Assembly (NCBI RefSeq): GCF_006345805.1
Contig: NC_042998.1
Location: 41,664,001 to 41,728,000, forward strand
DNA length: 64,000 bases
DNA from: Octopus sinensis
Lineage: Eukaryota
Direction of reading: 5' to 3'
Part shown: piece after piece, positions 48,301 to 59,818 of the stretch
Position numbering within the stretch: the stretch's first letter is position 1
Layout: each line of letters starts with the position of its first letter
Position numbers and translations under genes: made by a program
The notes under the pieces: generated by a model
Told to the model about the DNA's origin: nothing
Database searches by the model: none
Seen by the model: the letters and a program-made list of their open reading frames with translations, nothing else

Positions 48301-49321
48301 GTTTATTACATTTTTAAACAAATTTATTCTCAAAATTGTAGGTTGTTAATATGTTCACCATCACAATACATATATATATCATATCATACAGATAAGAAAG
48401 TCTAAATACATAGCTTATTTGAAATGCAACAACATATGTAGAATACCCAATCTTTCTGCTGTTTTCACGGCTATACTGTGTTCAAAATATTACTTTCTTG
48501 TCTGTATAATACAATACACATTCAATGCTTCCAAAAACAAAAAAAGTTTGTTTACATATGTTGTTGCATTTCAAATAAAATATCTATTTAGGGTTTAATT
48601 TGATGGAAATTGTTATCAGGAGGCAGTTTAGATTAATGATAAAGTACTCAGCCGGTATCTGAGAGGTGTGGGTTTGAGTCCCAGGGCTGCCTGCAAACAA
48701 CTTTTTCCATCATATAAGGGTAAAATACCCAGTTTTTCTGCTGTCTTCATGGCTATACTAAATTCAAAATATTACTTAAATATCCAAAACACAAAAAAGG
48801 TTGTTTACATATTTTGTTGCATACACACATACACACATATATACACATACATACATACATACATACATACACATCAGTTGATTTTCAGTTATACTGTGAA
48901 TCACATTAGTTATCCAAGCATGCATGTCATCCATAGGACAAAATTTCATTGAATAAATAGTAATCATCAGCATATCCCCATAGAATAAATTTCAAGTGAC
49001 TATTAAATTTTAAAAAATTAAACAATAAAATTTTTTAATAGATGATGACAAAATAGATGTATCAGGCTCCTAAGTATTCTTTACAATTTATTTCAATCAT
49101 ATTATAGACACTAGGTTTTAAAAATTAAAAAAAACTTCAAATTTAAATTTGATCAAGGATTTTATAATGACTCTATATAAGAAATAAATTTGAAATATAT
49201 TTTTAAAAATCTCTCTAAAAAAATCAAACAAAATTTTGAGAATATAGAAATAAATGTTTTACCCAGGTATATGAGATTTAGGTGCTTTGGAATATAAATT
49301 TTCATTATTTCTAACGACCAT
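39309..49321 (-). CDS. FAM166B: FAM166/CIMIP2-family ciliary microtubule inner protein, 296 aa, complement join(49321-49263,46974-46733,44565-44420,40573-40435,40155-39940,39397-39309)
   Basis: Six GT-AG exons with consistent phases 2,1,0,1,1 total 891 nt. Repeated motifs HIPGYTGFCPQLKFTIGKTFG, MISGYTGCIP, DPQKYHIPGYAGFVP, GRVYPELTHQAL and IVPMYTGHIPG..SFGKTLG parallel FAM166A/B as recalled. The exact paralogue is uncertain. Confidence 0.88.
39940..40155 (-). CDS. FAM166B: FAM166-like exon 5 (GYAGFVPRYRPLIGRVYPELTHQAL...YTGHIP)
   Basis: aatttcag acceptor, G|gtaaag donor. Confidence 0.9.
40435..40573 (-). CDS. FAM166B: FAM166-like exon 4 (KLPEVP...DNIDPQKYHIP)
   Basis: tatttttag acceptor, G|gtaatg donor, phase 0 to 1. 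Confidence 0.85.
40850..41974 (-). mobile_element. Rearranged 5'-truncated RTE with an internal ~270-bp duplication
   Basis: 40901-41165 is nearly identical to 41701-41974. Confidence 0.85.
42704..43512 (-). mobile_element. RTE 3' fragment including the 3'UTR tandem array
   Basis: catcatcatcgtttaacgtccgctttccatactagc tail and ~67-bp units. Confidence 0.85.
44420..44565 (-). CDS. FAM166B: FAM166-like exon 3 (GCIPCLQNYHGQTFRNIWRDSLTEF...)
   Basis: ccattttag acceptor; the donor gat|gtaaag was chosen for phase compatibility. Confidence 0.8.
46733..46974 (-). CDS. FAM166B: FAM166-like exon 2 (YTGFCPQLKFTIGKTFGHAT...MISGYT)
   Basis: gaatttag acceptor, gtatat donor. Confidence 0.9.
47495..48066 (+). 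mobile_element. RTE C-terminal and 3'UTR fragment
   Basis: Degenerate RWMCNVS/LRWYGHV-coding region and a ggacattaaataatgatgat tail. Confidence 0.8.
48415..48578. repeat. 164-bp fold-back with perfect 26-bp inverted repeats
   Basis: ttatttgaaatgcaacaacatatgta at 48415-48440 and its reverse complement at 48553-48578. Confidence 0.85.
48622..48691 (+). pseudogene. tRNA-like sequence (tRNA pseudogene or SINE head)
   Basis: GGCAG...CTGCC acceptor stem, CTCAG/CTGAG anticodon stem with loop CCGGTAT, B-box-like GGTTTGAGTCCC and a degraded D-arm. Confidence 0.6.
49263..49321 (-). CDS. FAM166B: FAM166-like exon 1 (MVVRNNENLYSKAPKSHIPG)
   Basis: aaaaATGg start, GG|gtaaaa donor, phase 2 matches the next exon. 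Confidence 0.8.
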
Positions 49322-49892
49322 TTTTACGAAATTTTATTTTGTTCGAAATTCCACCTTTGCAGATAAGATACTTCAATGAAAGTGCATCAAAGTAGCTCAT
49401 TCATGACATCATCAAATGATTTTGACAGCTGATGAAGTCATAAATAACCGTTTGTGCTCTGCAGAAATATTTATAACACAAAATCAATGCTGGTTCAGCA
49501 GTAAAAGACAATATAAAAAAAAAAAGGTAAAAAATAAAGATAAGATTAAAAACATAATTATTTTAAAACAATACACAGTAAGTTTAATACACAATAAGTT
49601 TAATACTACAAATAGACTACACACACATAGAAGTGTATTAGAATCATTGAATGTATAGACAAACTAGAGAAACAGACTAAGTACACTTCAGAGAATAGGA
49701 GAGTAAGTAGGAATTGGTTGACAATTATAACCCCATCTCCTATACATTTGTTTATTCAACACTAAATGGGATAGGATGCACAACTCAACCAGACATTGTA
49801 TGAGTGTGCATGTGATATAATTTATACATGTGCATGTGTGTATATACATCAAATATAAAGACCACTGATATGCAAGAAATGATTTCCCCAAA

Positions 49893-50765
49893 TATCCCAA
49901 TTGCTCTCTGGAAGTTGTAGATAACCTTTGTTACCAGGGTGACCTAATTAGCAATAGAGGAGGTTGTACAGAGGGTGTAATTGCTAGAATTAGAGTAGAT
50001 TGGAGAAAATTCAGAGAGCTTTTACCTCTGTCAGCAATCAAAGGTCTCTCTCTCCAAGTAAAAAGAAGTTTGTATTATACATTCATACAAACTACTATGT
50101 TGCCTGATAGTGAGATATGGGCCCTGAATGTAGAGGTTATATGAAGGCTGGAAAGGAACAAAGTTGGTATACTCCACTGGATGTGCAATGTCAGTGTGCA
50201 TGTGTGACAGAGCAATGATGTATTGAGAGAGAAGTTGGGCATAAGAGGAATTATATGCAATGAGCAACAGACAAGACTGCACTAGTTTGTCCATGTAATA
50301 CAGATGGATGAGGAAGTGTTGATCACTTATAGTGGAAGGAAGTTTTAGAAGAGGGAGACCTAGGAAGACATGGGACAAAGTGTTAATGGCTGATCTCAAA
50401 ACACTGAGTCTTACAAAGATGACAAAGGACCATATGTAGTGCATTGTTGTACCCAAGAAGACCCACCCACCACAACAGAGTTGAGATCCTAAAACCAAGG
50501 TGTCATGTAAAAAGCATTGGTGTGGGTGCTTGTGCCATATAAAAAGGAATGGTGCTGGTGTCATATAAAAAGCACAAGTGATAGAGTCATGTAAAAAGCA
50601 CTCAGTACACTCTGAAAAGTGTTTGACATTAGAAAGTTCATCCAGCCGTAGAAACCAAGCCAAAATAGACTGTAGAACCTGGTGTGGCCCCTGGCCTTTC
50701 AAGTTCCTCTCAAGCCATCCATCACATGTCAGCATGAAAAAGGGACATTAAATGTTGATGATGAT
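49893..50765 (+). mobile_element. RTE C-terminal and 3'UTR fragment
   Basis: Homologous to 24050-25030 in the opposite orientation. Confidence 0.8.
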
Positions 50766-50930
50766 TATCCAGTGGGATACTCATATATGAACAGTTCCCT
50801 AAATAACAAACAGTTTTCACAGAGAAAATTAAATATGCATAATGAACTGAAATTTGATCATTGAACTATGATACAAATGACTGGAAAGCCATTTGCTTAG
50901 TAAGCTAAAATTTGAACAACAAGCAATCGA

Positions 50931-51120
50931 TAGCCTACACACGCATAGAAGTGCTGGGTGCCAGTTTGTTTAGCTGGGTGAAATTTGAAGAACAAACTAC
51001 AAATAGACTACACATGCATAGAAGTGTTGGGTGCCAATTTGTTTAGTGAGGTGAATTTTGAAGAACAAACCACAAATAGACTACACATATGTATAAGTAC
51101 TTGGAGAGCATATACAAACA
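50931..51120. repeat. 73-bp tandem repeat (2.5 units)
   Basis: tag(a/c)ctacac at 50931, 51004 and 51077. Confidence 0.85.
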
Positions 51121-51563
51121 GTACATTAAGTGAACAAATTGTATAGCAAACAGTTTTTATGATGAAAATTATATTCAGAAAATGAGTTGATATTTGCACA
51201 ACAAACCAAGAGTAGACTAAGTACAAATATAAGTGGCTAGTGTGCACAAATGGTTATCATTCATGTATGGATTTCATGTAACTTGTAAATTTTCATATTT
51301 TATACAGAAATAATATTCCTCATATTCTTTGTTAAAAAGCATAACCGTGGATTGACAGAAACGAGACAAAATGAAAAATGCACACACACACGTGTGTATA
51401 TATCTATATATAATAATAATATTAGGGAGTATAACTCCAAACTTACAGGAAAAAAAATCAATTTAGTATTAAATCAAATTTCACAATATAAATATATAAA
51501 ATATAAATTGGAGATAAAACCACTATCATGCAACTCAAACAATGGTAGACATAAACACACACA

Positions 51564-52818
51564 CAGGAGTTGGACAAAATAATGGAAACACCTTAAAATT
51601 TCAAACAAATATATCTTAATATGGGGTAGGACCACTTTTGGCAGTAATTACAGCTTGAATTTTACAAGGTATGACTCATACAAAGTTTGAATTGTTTCCA
51701 AAGAAATTTTTCTCTTTTCTTCAGCTAAAACAGTCTCCAGTTCTTGTAGTGATGTTGGTGGAAGATATCAACACCTTACTTGTTTTTCTAAAATGCACAA
51801 TAAATGTTAAATAAACTTGTTTTTCTAAAACGCATGATAAATGTTCAATAATATTGGGATCTGGGGAATGTGGTAGCCAGATAAGATGTTCAACTTCACT
51901 AGAATGTTCCTTGTGCCATTCAGTAACACCAACGAAAGATTGCCCCCCCCCACCACCACCACCAAAAAAAAAACCAGTTCCGCAACCATAGGATGAAGTT
52001 GATAAGATAAACTGCTTGAATTGTCTTGACTATTAATTCTGCCATGAAGGGAATCCATTGGGCCAGCAGATTTCCAAGATATAATCCCCCATATCAGCAC
52101 AGATCCTCCTCCATGTTTAACAGTTAGAAGAAGGTAGTCTGGGTCAAATGCTTCTTTTGGCTGTCTCCACCTGTATACTCAGTTGGTGGTCGGAAATAAG
52201 GTAAAGGATGACTTGTCTGAGAAAATAAGATTCTGCCACTGCTCTAGGGACCAATTCTGTAGGTTTTTACTCCACTCTAAATGCTTTGCAACGTTTGTGT
52301 TTGAAAGTAATGGTTTTCTGATTGCAGCTCCTGGCGAACAGTTTTTGTGGCAACTGAGTTCTCGAAGTAATCATTAAGCTCTGCAGTAATTTTGGGAGCT
52401 GCACTGTGATCCTTTCTAACAATTTGCGCAAGAGTCCGACGGTCCCTATCTGAAAGTTTTGGTTTTCTTCCAGATTTTGTTTCGACAAGGAGGTTTTTCC
52501 CTCACTCTCAAAGGCTGTCATTACTTTTGACACAGTACTTCTTGATACATCAAACATTTTGGCTGTTTTTATTATGCTAGCGCCTGCCATATGAGCACCA
52601 ACAATTTGACCTTTTTGAAAGTCTGATAGATCTGTCATTTTAATGAATTCTAATTACCTTTTTCTGATAATATCTGAAAACAAACAGAAATTTTAGCAAA
52701 ACATATTAAGCAACACTAATAATAAATCAAAAAACATAAAAATAAACAAGCTTTCGATGGTTTTATAGATATTTCAAAAATATAATGCTAGGTGTTTCCA
52801 TTATTTTGTCCAACCCCC

Positions 52819-52819
<1 letters not shown>
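51564..52819 (-). mobile_element. Tc1/mariner element with both 30-bp TIRs and a defective transposase
   Basis: TIRs caggagttggacaaaataatggaaacacct and aggtgtttccattattttgtccaacccccg. Translations include MTDLSDFQKGQIVGA, FSDKSSF, VKHGGGSVLIWG and WLPHSPDPNIIEHL. Confidence 0.92.
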
Positions 52820-53163
<344 letters not shown>

Positions 53164-53479
53164 TGTGGCTCTTTGGTAAGAAACTTGGTTCTGAAGCACA
53201 TCATCCTGGATTCTGTACCACTGTGTGGTAACTTGGCATGTGTCTTCTGCTGTAGCCTCAGACCAACCAAAGCCATGTGAGTGGATTTCGTAGACAGAAA
53301 CTGAAAGAAATCAATTATATATATACTAGCATTATGACCCGGCATTGCCGGGTCATAGTGCTAGTGCATGTATATATGTGTACATATTACATGTACAACT
53401 ATATATATACATCTACACATAAAATACAAAGTTATATCTTGATATCGCTAGTGATAACAATACTCAAAATATATAACAG

Positions 53480-54020
53480 ACTGGAATTGTAGGCCCGTCT
53501 CTTGTAATTTCGATCAATTGTATCTTGTCCTCCCTCTTGTATAGAAATATGGCTACAATCCAGCCTACATCTACTTCTGGGGTGACATTTTAAATTTTTA
53601 TCTGGGACGTCCTACGTCCCAGATATAAAGGTAAAAATAAAATATTTCCACTTTGCAAGGTTCGAGTCAAGTACTCCCTTGCATGCTCCGTTGACTCGAA
53701 CCATGCTTCTATTGTGGCGAATTTACCACCTCTGGTTAGATATCTTTCATAGTCACACCAAGACACTTTTCGATGGTGCTTTCCTCCAGGTGTTCAAATC
53801 TATTTTTTTTTCTCTACATTGTATACTTTATAGACAATAGACTTTTCTTTAATTTAATTTTTTATTTCGTTTGGTGATGTTATCCTAGATTCACCGTCTT
53901 TGTCGGTGATCAATCCGAAACAGGTTTGTATTTCTTCCATTTTAATTTTAATGAGTTCGCGCCCGCCGACAGCTGCAGCAAAATTCATTTTTGGACTTTC
54001 TTCTATCGAAGGCATTCTAA
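53480..54020 (-). mobile_element. Degenerate ORF, possibly LINE ORF1/gag-like
   Basis: The frameshifted minus-strand frame reads MPSIEESPKMNFAAAVGG...GGKFATIEAWFESTEHAREYLTRTLQSGNILFLPLYLGRRTSQIKI. The family assignment is from memory only. Confidence 0.45.
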
Positions 54021-54614
54021 CAAAAATGCTTCCATGTAAACGGTGAAAATATTGTCAATTTCCCCAAACAGGGACACAATTCAATTTTTAAACAATAACC
54101 AAAGCTCCTTCTCCCAAAGGGGGAGGTTACAGTTTACAATTATTTAACAAATGCAACACAACAACATTTCCCTTACGAGGAACCAACAAAGGTGATAACA
54201 ATAGTTAAACAGTAATAATAATAACAACAAACCTTACGGTGAATCAAAAAGCAGTATGCAGTTGAAGCTATAGTCCTTTATGTATAAGAAATACACCAAC
54301 AGCAGTACTCAGTAGAAGCGGCTGTTCGAGAAAACAGACATTACATACAGCCAAACTTCATATAGATACTTAATGCTAGCTAATTAGCAGATAATTTAAT
54401 GTAAAAGCCGTAGTAAACGGTATGTGCATACCTCCATCTGGACTATTCCATTTCTGCACACTAATTTTATTTTTAATTTATTCCTATTCATGTGAAACCA
54501 CTTATTCAAGTTCAAGTCATTGATGCAATTTTATACCAATTGCTATTTTTACTTTTGTTATGTTACGATTATATTATACTTTAGTTTGATTTTAATTATT
54601 ACTTACCACATATA

Positions 54615-55170
54615 ATTATTAGTGCAGTCTGGATGGATGGTGCAATCCCTAAGGACTGGAAGGATGCAATTATTCTTCCTCTATATAAAGGAAAAGGAGC
54701 CAGAACAACGTGTGGTAACTACAGAGGTATTTCTCTACTATCAGCTGCTGGCAAGGTTCTGGCAAATATTCTTCTTACCCATCTGAATGGGTGTCTTGTA
54801 AATGATGTCCTATCTGAATCTCAATGTGGCTTCCGATCTGGTAGAGAGACAATGGATATGATTTTCAGAGCAAGACAGATGCAGGAGAAGTGCTATGAGC
54901 AGAATATGGATCTTGTCCAGGTATTCATTAACAAAGGCCTTTGATACTGTAAATAGGGCCTTTCTATGGAAAATACTTGGCAAACTTGGATGTCCGGATC
55001 ACTTTGTATCTATAGTTAAATCATTTCATGATGGGATGGAGGCTTGGGTCACGTTGGTGGTGCCATGGTGGGACCCATTCCTGTAGAGAATGGTGTCAAG
55101 CAGGGTGACATCCTTGCCCCAACTCTCTTTTCTTTGTACTTTGCTGCTGCTTTTACTCATGCTTTTGCTA
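54615..55170 (+). mobile_element. BovB-type RTE RT fragment
   Basis: IPKDWKDAIILPLYKGKG..NYRGISLL..SESQCGFRSGR..LTKAFDTVNR..GVKQGDILAPTLF, with frameshifts. Confidence 0.9.
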
Positions 55171-55769
55171 AGGTTCGTGTAAGCATTCGACTTGTTTGGG
55201 CATGTTTACATTAAAAAACAATTTTAGAATGACTTTTTCTGTCAAAACATTAAAAATAACTGACCACCAAAACAAAAAAAAAACCAAGATTCAATGAAAT
55301 CAAAAAATAAATCCAAATACTAAGCAAACAAAGATAAACCATCTCACTTCCACTGAGCGTGCGCACGCACACACACACACCCCACTTTTACATACACACA
55401 TATATATTCACAGAATTGAAACGCTGTTTGATTTATTTTTTTAGAGTACAATTTTCATCATCCCACTACCCTTTCATTCCTTATACCTCTATCACTCTTT
55501 CTTTTCTCATTCATAAACACAAGAGTATTATTATAGTAGATTATCTCAGTAACCATGGGAGCTATGCAAAAAATACAAAGCCTAGCATCACCACCAGATT
55601 ATTCTACACATCTGTGTAATTTTTCGTACAATTTCACCCAGCTATTTGATCGTGAATCCCAAGAAAAAATCGCCCATGTCAAATTTATATGTATAGATAA
55701 TAATAATTTAATAAAAAATAAAGTAAAATGTACCGTGACTCATCAATAATGAATGATATTTATTTAAGA

Positions 55770-57530
55770 CGATGATGATGAAAATAATGAAGGTAATGAC
55801 TCCGCAGCAAAGAAGATTTAAAGCTCTTCAGATGATGCCTCTTTTTCAGGTGTTGTCATATCTTCATGCAAGGCCTTCTTGGTGGGCTTCAGGGACATTA
55901 TGATGGGAAGTTGCAGTTGTTGTTTCTTCATGGTGGTGAGGAGAGTTTTATGTCTGCATGGCAGCATCAGTAGCATTTTTAAACTGGAGAGACCAAACCA
56001 TATAGGGATCCCATGCTTCCACCTTCCCTTGCAATTCCTTTGCTGTTCTTAAAAGGTCAGAGATATGTCTGATTGCCAGGCACACTCCATCCTTCTCTGC
56101 CTCTAGATCTGGTGCATTCTCCTCCTCTTAGCTGGCAGACTTTGTTAACTCCAACAAATCTTCATCTGTCAGGGTTCCAAGTGGGCATCGATGAGGTCAC
56201 TGACCTCATCTTGTGTGATGTCAAAACCTTTGCCAGTTTTGGCACATTATTGAAAGCCTTGTGCTGAATATCTTCAGGTGAGAAGGCCACACCTTCTCCC
56301 AACATGTGACGAGGGTTTCTTTTTTCATGTCTTTAAAGAGCAGCGTGGATGACCAACAGGCATGTTGCAATTGTGAAGTTATACCAGTACTCCTTTAAAT
56401 TGAAATTCTCGTCCAAATCCATTGCATCCACAAGGTGTTGGAGAGAGTTCTGAGTATAAAATGTTTTGAAGGTATAGATGATGCCTTGATCCATAGGCTA
56501 GATGAGGGAGGTGGTGTTGGCAGGGAGGAACTTGACTTGAACTCTCTTGTGATTCAAATCCAAAGAGTGACCACCAGCATTATCCATAGCAAGCAACACC
56601 TTGAATTCCATGCAAACATTTTGGAGGTATTCCTTGGCATGAGGGATGAAGCATTGGTGGAACCATTTCAAAGTTAGACCCTTTGGTAATCCAAGCCTTG
56701 GGGTTGTGCATCCAGTGGATAGGCAGCAGATTTTTATTATTTTTGAAGGCCCTTGGATTCACAGATATGTAGATATGCCCTGGCTTCATGAAGCCAGCAT
56801 CACTCTGTCCTACTGTGCCTTAAATGCTGAGGCTCTGGTTTAGTCCTTCATGATGCACCTTCTTCCAGAACAAACCAGTCTCCATACTGAAAACCTGTTC
56901 CAGCTTGTATCCCTTATCCTCCACTGATCTACCTGAATGTCTTGAGGTAGTTCTCAGCAGCTTTTTTGTTGGCTGATGCTGTCTCTCCATGCAGGGAAAC
57001 ACACATTATTTTAAACCGTTTCTGTAAACGGTCAGACCATCCCTTGTTGGTTTGAAAATCTTTGGGTTCTGGTGTTGTCAATGATCTTGGTTGTGGTTCT
57101 TTAGTGCCTTCTGCGCCGTCTCCTTTGTTGAACTGCTGGTATAATTTCTGCGCTTTCTTGCAGATGATGTTACCACTCAAGGGGATGTTTTTCCTTCTAG
57201 CAGTCACTGATCCACAATTCCAAGGCAAATTCCATCCTGACAAGGTGGTTATTTCTCACTATCCTTATCTTTATGGCACTTTCACAGAAACATACTGCTA
57301 GTCCTGCTTGCCACTTCATTCTTCTTTATGTAATGTTCGGTGCTTTTGTTGATAACACAATAGCGACCTACTGCAGCATAACTTTTACCTTCCTGGAACA
57401 TATCCAAAAGTTGTGTCTTCTCATGGGGTATCATAACCTTTGTCTGGCACTTACGTTCACTGCCAGAAATCTGTAGCGCATTTGGGCGGCATGTTAGGGC
57501 TTTCATAACATGCTGCGAAAAACACAACAC
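55770..57530 (-). mobile_element. Degenerate pogo/Tigger (TIGD1-like) transposase
   Basis: KSYAAVGRY, NIPLSGNIICKKAQKLY, KGWSDRLQKRF..LHGETASA, YKLEQVFSMETGLFWKK and HNPKAWIT occur in shifting frames. Confidence 0.88.
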
Positions 57531-57669
57531 TCAACAAAATACTGATAGTTATTGGACGCAGTTTTTTCAACGAGACCCTACAAAAAATAATCTACATTGT
57601 ATCTAATATGTGCATACCACCAATGATTGAGCAGAAATTAAAAATAATCATGGTTTTGAAAAATTTAGT

Positions 57670-57726
57670 TTGTATTACCACTATATATACTTATATATAT
57701 ATACTTATATATATATACTATATATA

Positions 57727-57822
<96 letters not shown>

Positions 57823-58026
57823 GTATATATATATGTATATATATACACACACACACACATATATATACACACACACACATATATATATACACACACACAC
57901 ATATATATACACACACATATATACACACACACACATATACATATATATATATACACACACACACACCACACACACACACATATACATATATATATATACA
58001 CAACACACACACACACACACATATAC

Positions 58027-58059
<33 letters not shown>

Positions 58060-58135
58060 TATACATATATATATATACACACACACACACACATATATAT
58101 ACATATATATACACACACACACACATATATATATA
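57670..58135. repeat. Compound (TA)n/(CA)n microsatellite
   Basis: Direct reading. Confidence 0.97.
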
Positions 58136-58765
58136 CTGTTGCGTCCATGCTGCCAACAAAGCACGCGGAGTTCTGTTTTTGATTCAACGGTCATTCAGAA
58201 TGCTCACAGCAGCCATATTCCTACCGCTCTATGTCACACTGGTGAGACCCATATTGGAGTACGGGATTCAAGCCTCTTCTCCTAATCTCCTCAAAGACAT
58301 ACATCATCTTGAAAGAGTCCAGAAGCTGGCTACCCGCATGGTTCTTGGTCTCAAGCATTTGTCTTATGAAGAAAGGCTGAAGACGCGCGACCTTTATTCT
58401 CTAGAAAAACGCTGCCGCCGTGGTGATCTCATTCTTGCTCACAACATCATAAGCGGAAAGTGTAACCTCTCGAAAGAGCTGTTCTTCACTCCTGCTCCAG
58501 AGCGTCGGCTGCAGGTCACTCTGAAAAGTTCTATCTGCGACGATTTCATCTCAATCGAAGGAGAGGGGCTTTCTCCGTCTGGGTTGCGGGTCCGTGGAAT
58601 AAGCTGCCGGACGAGATAGTGAAGATGCCAACGACCGCTCGGTTCAAAGTCTCTCTTGACCAGAAATGGCCTGAACTCTTTGCATGAACACCACCCTGTA
58701 CATAACTCCATGTCCCCCTACATGGCCTTGTTTTTGCTTTTTGAGCCAAAAAATTAACTTAACTT
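58136..58765 (+). mobile_element. CR1/L2-type LINE 3' fragment
   Basis: LYVTLVRPILEYG..HLERVQKLATRMV..LSYEERL..RRGDLI..FSVRVAGPWNKLP. Confidence 0.9.
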
Positions 58766-58794
58766 ATATACATATATATATATATATATACGAG

Positions 58795-58980
58795 TGCGGG
58801 TGGCACGTAAAAAGCACCCACTACACTCACGGAGTGATTGGCGTTAGGAAGGGCATCCAGCCGAGGAAACACTGCCAGATCAGACTGGGCCTGGTGCAGC
58901 CTTCTGGCTTCCCAGATCCCAGTTGAACCGTCCAACCCATGCTAGCATGGAAAGCGGACGCTAAATGATGATGACGACGA
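58795..58980 (+). mobile_element. RTE 3' tail fragment
   Basis: aaccgtccaacccatgctagcatggaaagcggacgctaaatgatgatg. Confidence 0.9.
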
Positions 58981-59465
58981 GGAACTAGAATCCCTCTGCC
59001 AGTTTGCCGCCTTAATAATCTACATTAATAAAAACCAAATTAAATTAACTAAAGGAAATGAGAGAGAATAAGTAACAGAGCAAGGGACTAAGTTGAAAGA
59101 ATGGTGTGAGGAGTCAGCTGTTGGAGATAAATGAGAAAGCAGTGTGAAGTACCAGGTGAAGGAAAAAAAATGTTAAAATTTGATTTGTTTCAAACAAAAC
59201 AAGACAAAAATGCGAGCAGTTCAAGAAGAGTGACAACAGAGAACAAAGTAGCCTGTCAGTTTAGCTCATTTGGAGTTGGCCTTAAAATCAGATGTTATTC
59301 AGAGTTATCTACCCTTGAAGTTTTCATTCAAGGAGATCTATATAGTCTAGTACATGTGTTTCTTAGCAAAACATGAACCTGATCATTTCGTGAAAGCTAT
59401 ATAACATTCTAATAGATATTATAACTTTTATAAGAGCGAAAAGAGACAGAAAGATAAGTGACGAA

Positions 59466-59818
59466 ATGGAAGACGTGGACTTAATTGCTGGAAACATTTC
59501 TTCACCGAAACACGAGGAAAATGTTATTGATTTAACTCAGGAGTCCAAAGATGTCTCCAACCAATATACTGAAATTATACAAGACAGCAATAGTCAAACG
59601 AACTGTTCTATGTCATTGTTCGTCTTGGATCGTGCAGGAGATAAGAAGATTTTGAAAAAATTTAAACATAAAAAGAAAGATGCATTAAACGAGTTGCATG
59701 AACCGGAAACTAAGACAGAAACACTTGCAGAAACACCCGTAGAAAAAGCATCTGTAGAAACGCCTGTGTTAAATCAAAAACCCAAAACTAGGGAAACCAA
59801 AAAAGAACGCAAAAACAA
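59466..59818 (+). CDS. Coding exon of an unidentified gene (acidic and Lys-rich, SIM-like VIDLT motif), probably the first coding exon; the gene continues beyond the window or is unresolved
   Basis: 118-codon ORF with gaaATGg context. It ends exactly at a strong donor AACAA|gtgagt, where the ORF-track stop TGA is intronic. Composition is non-repetitive and protein-like. Confidence 0.65.

Noticed and set aside
48622-48691. Functional tRNA-Thr(GGT)
   Set aside because: Position 33 is C rather than U, the D-arm is poor and the T-stem is mismatched, and eukaryotes normally use AGT for this box.
57608-58285. 225-aa and overlapping ORFs
   Set aside because: They are microsatellite translations.
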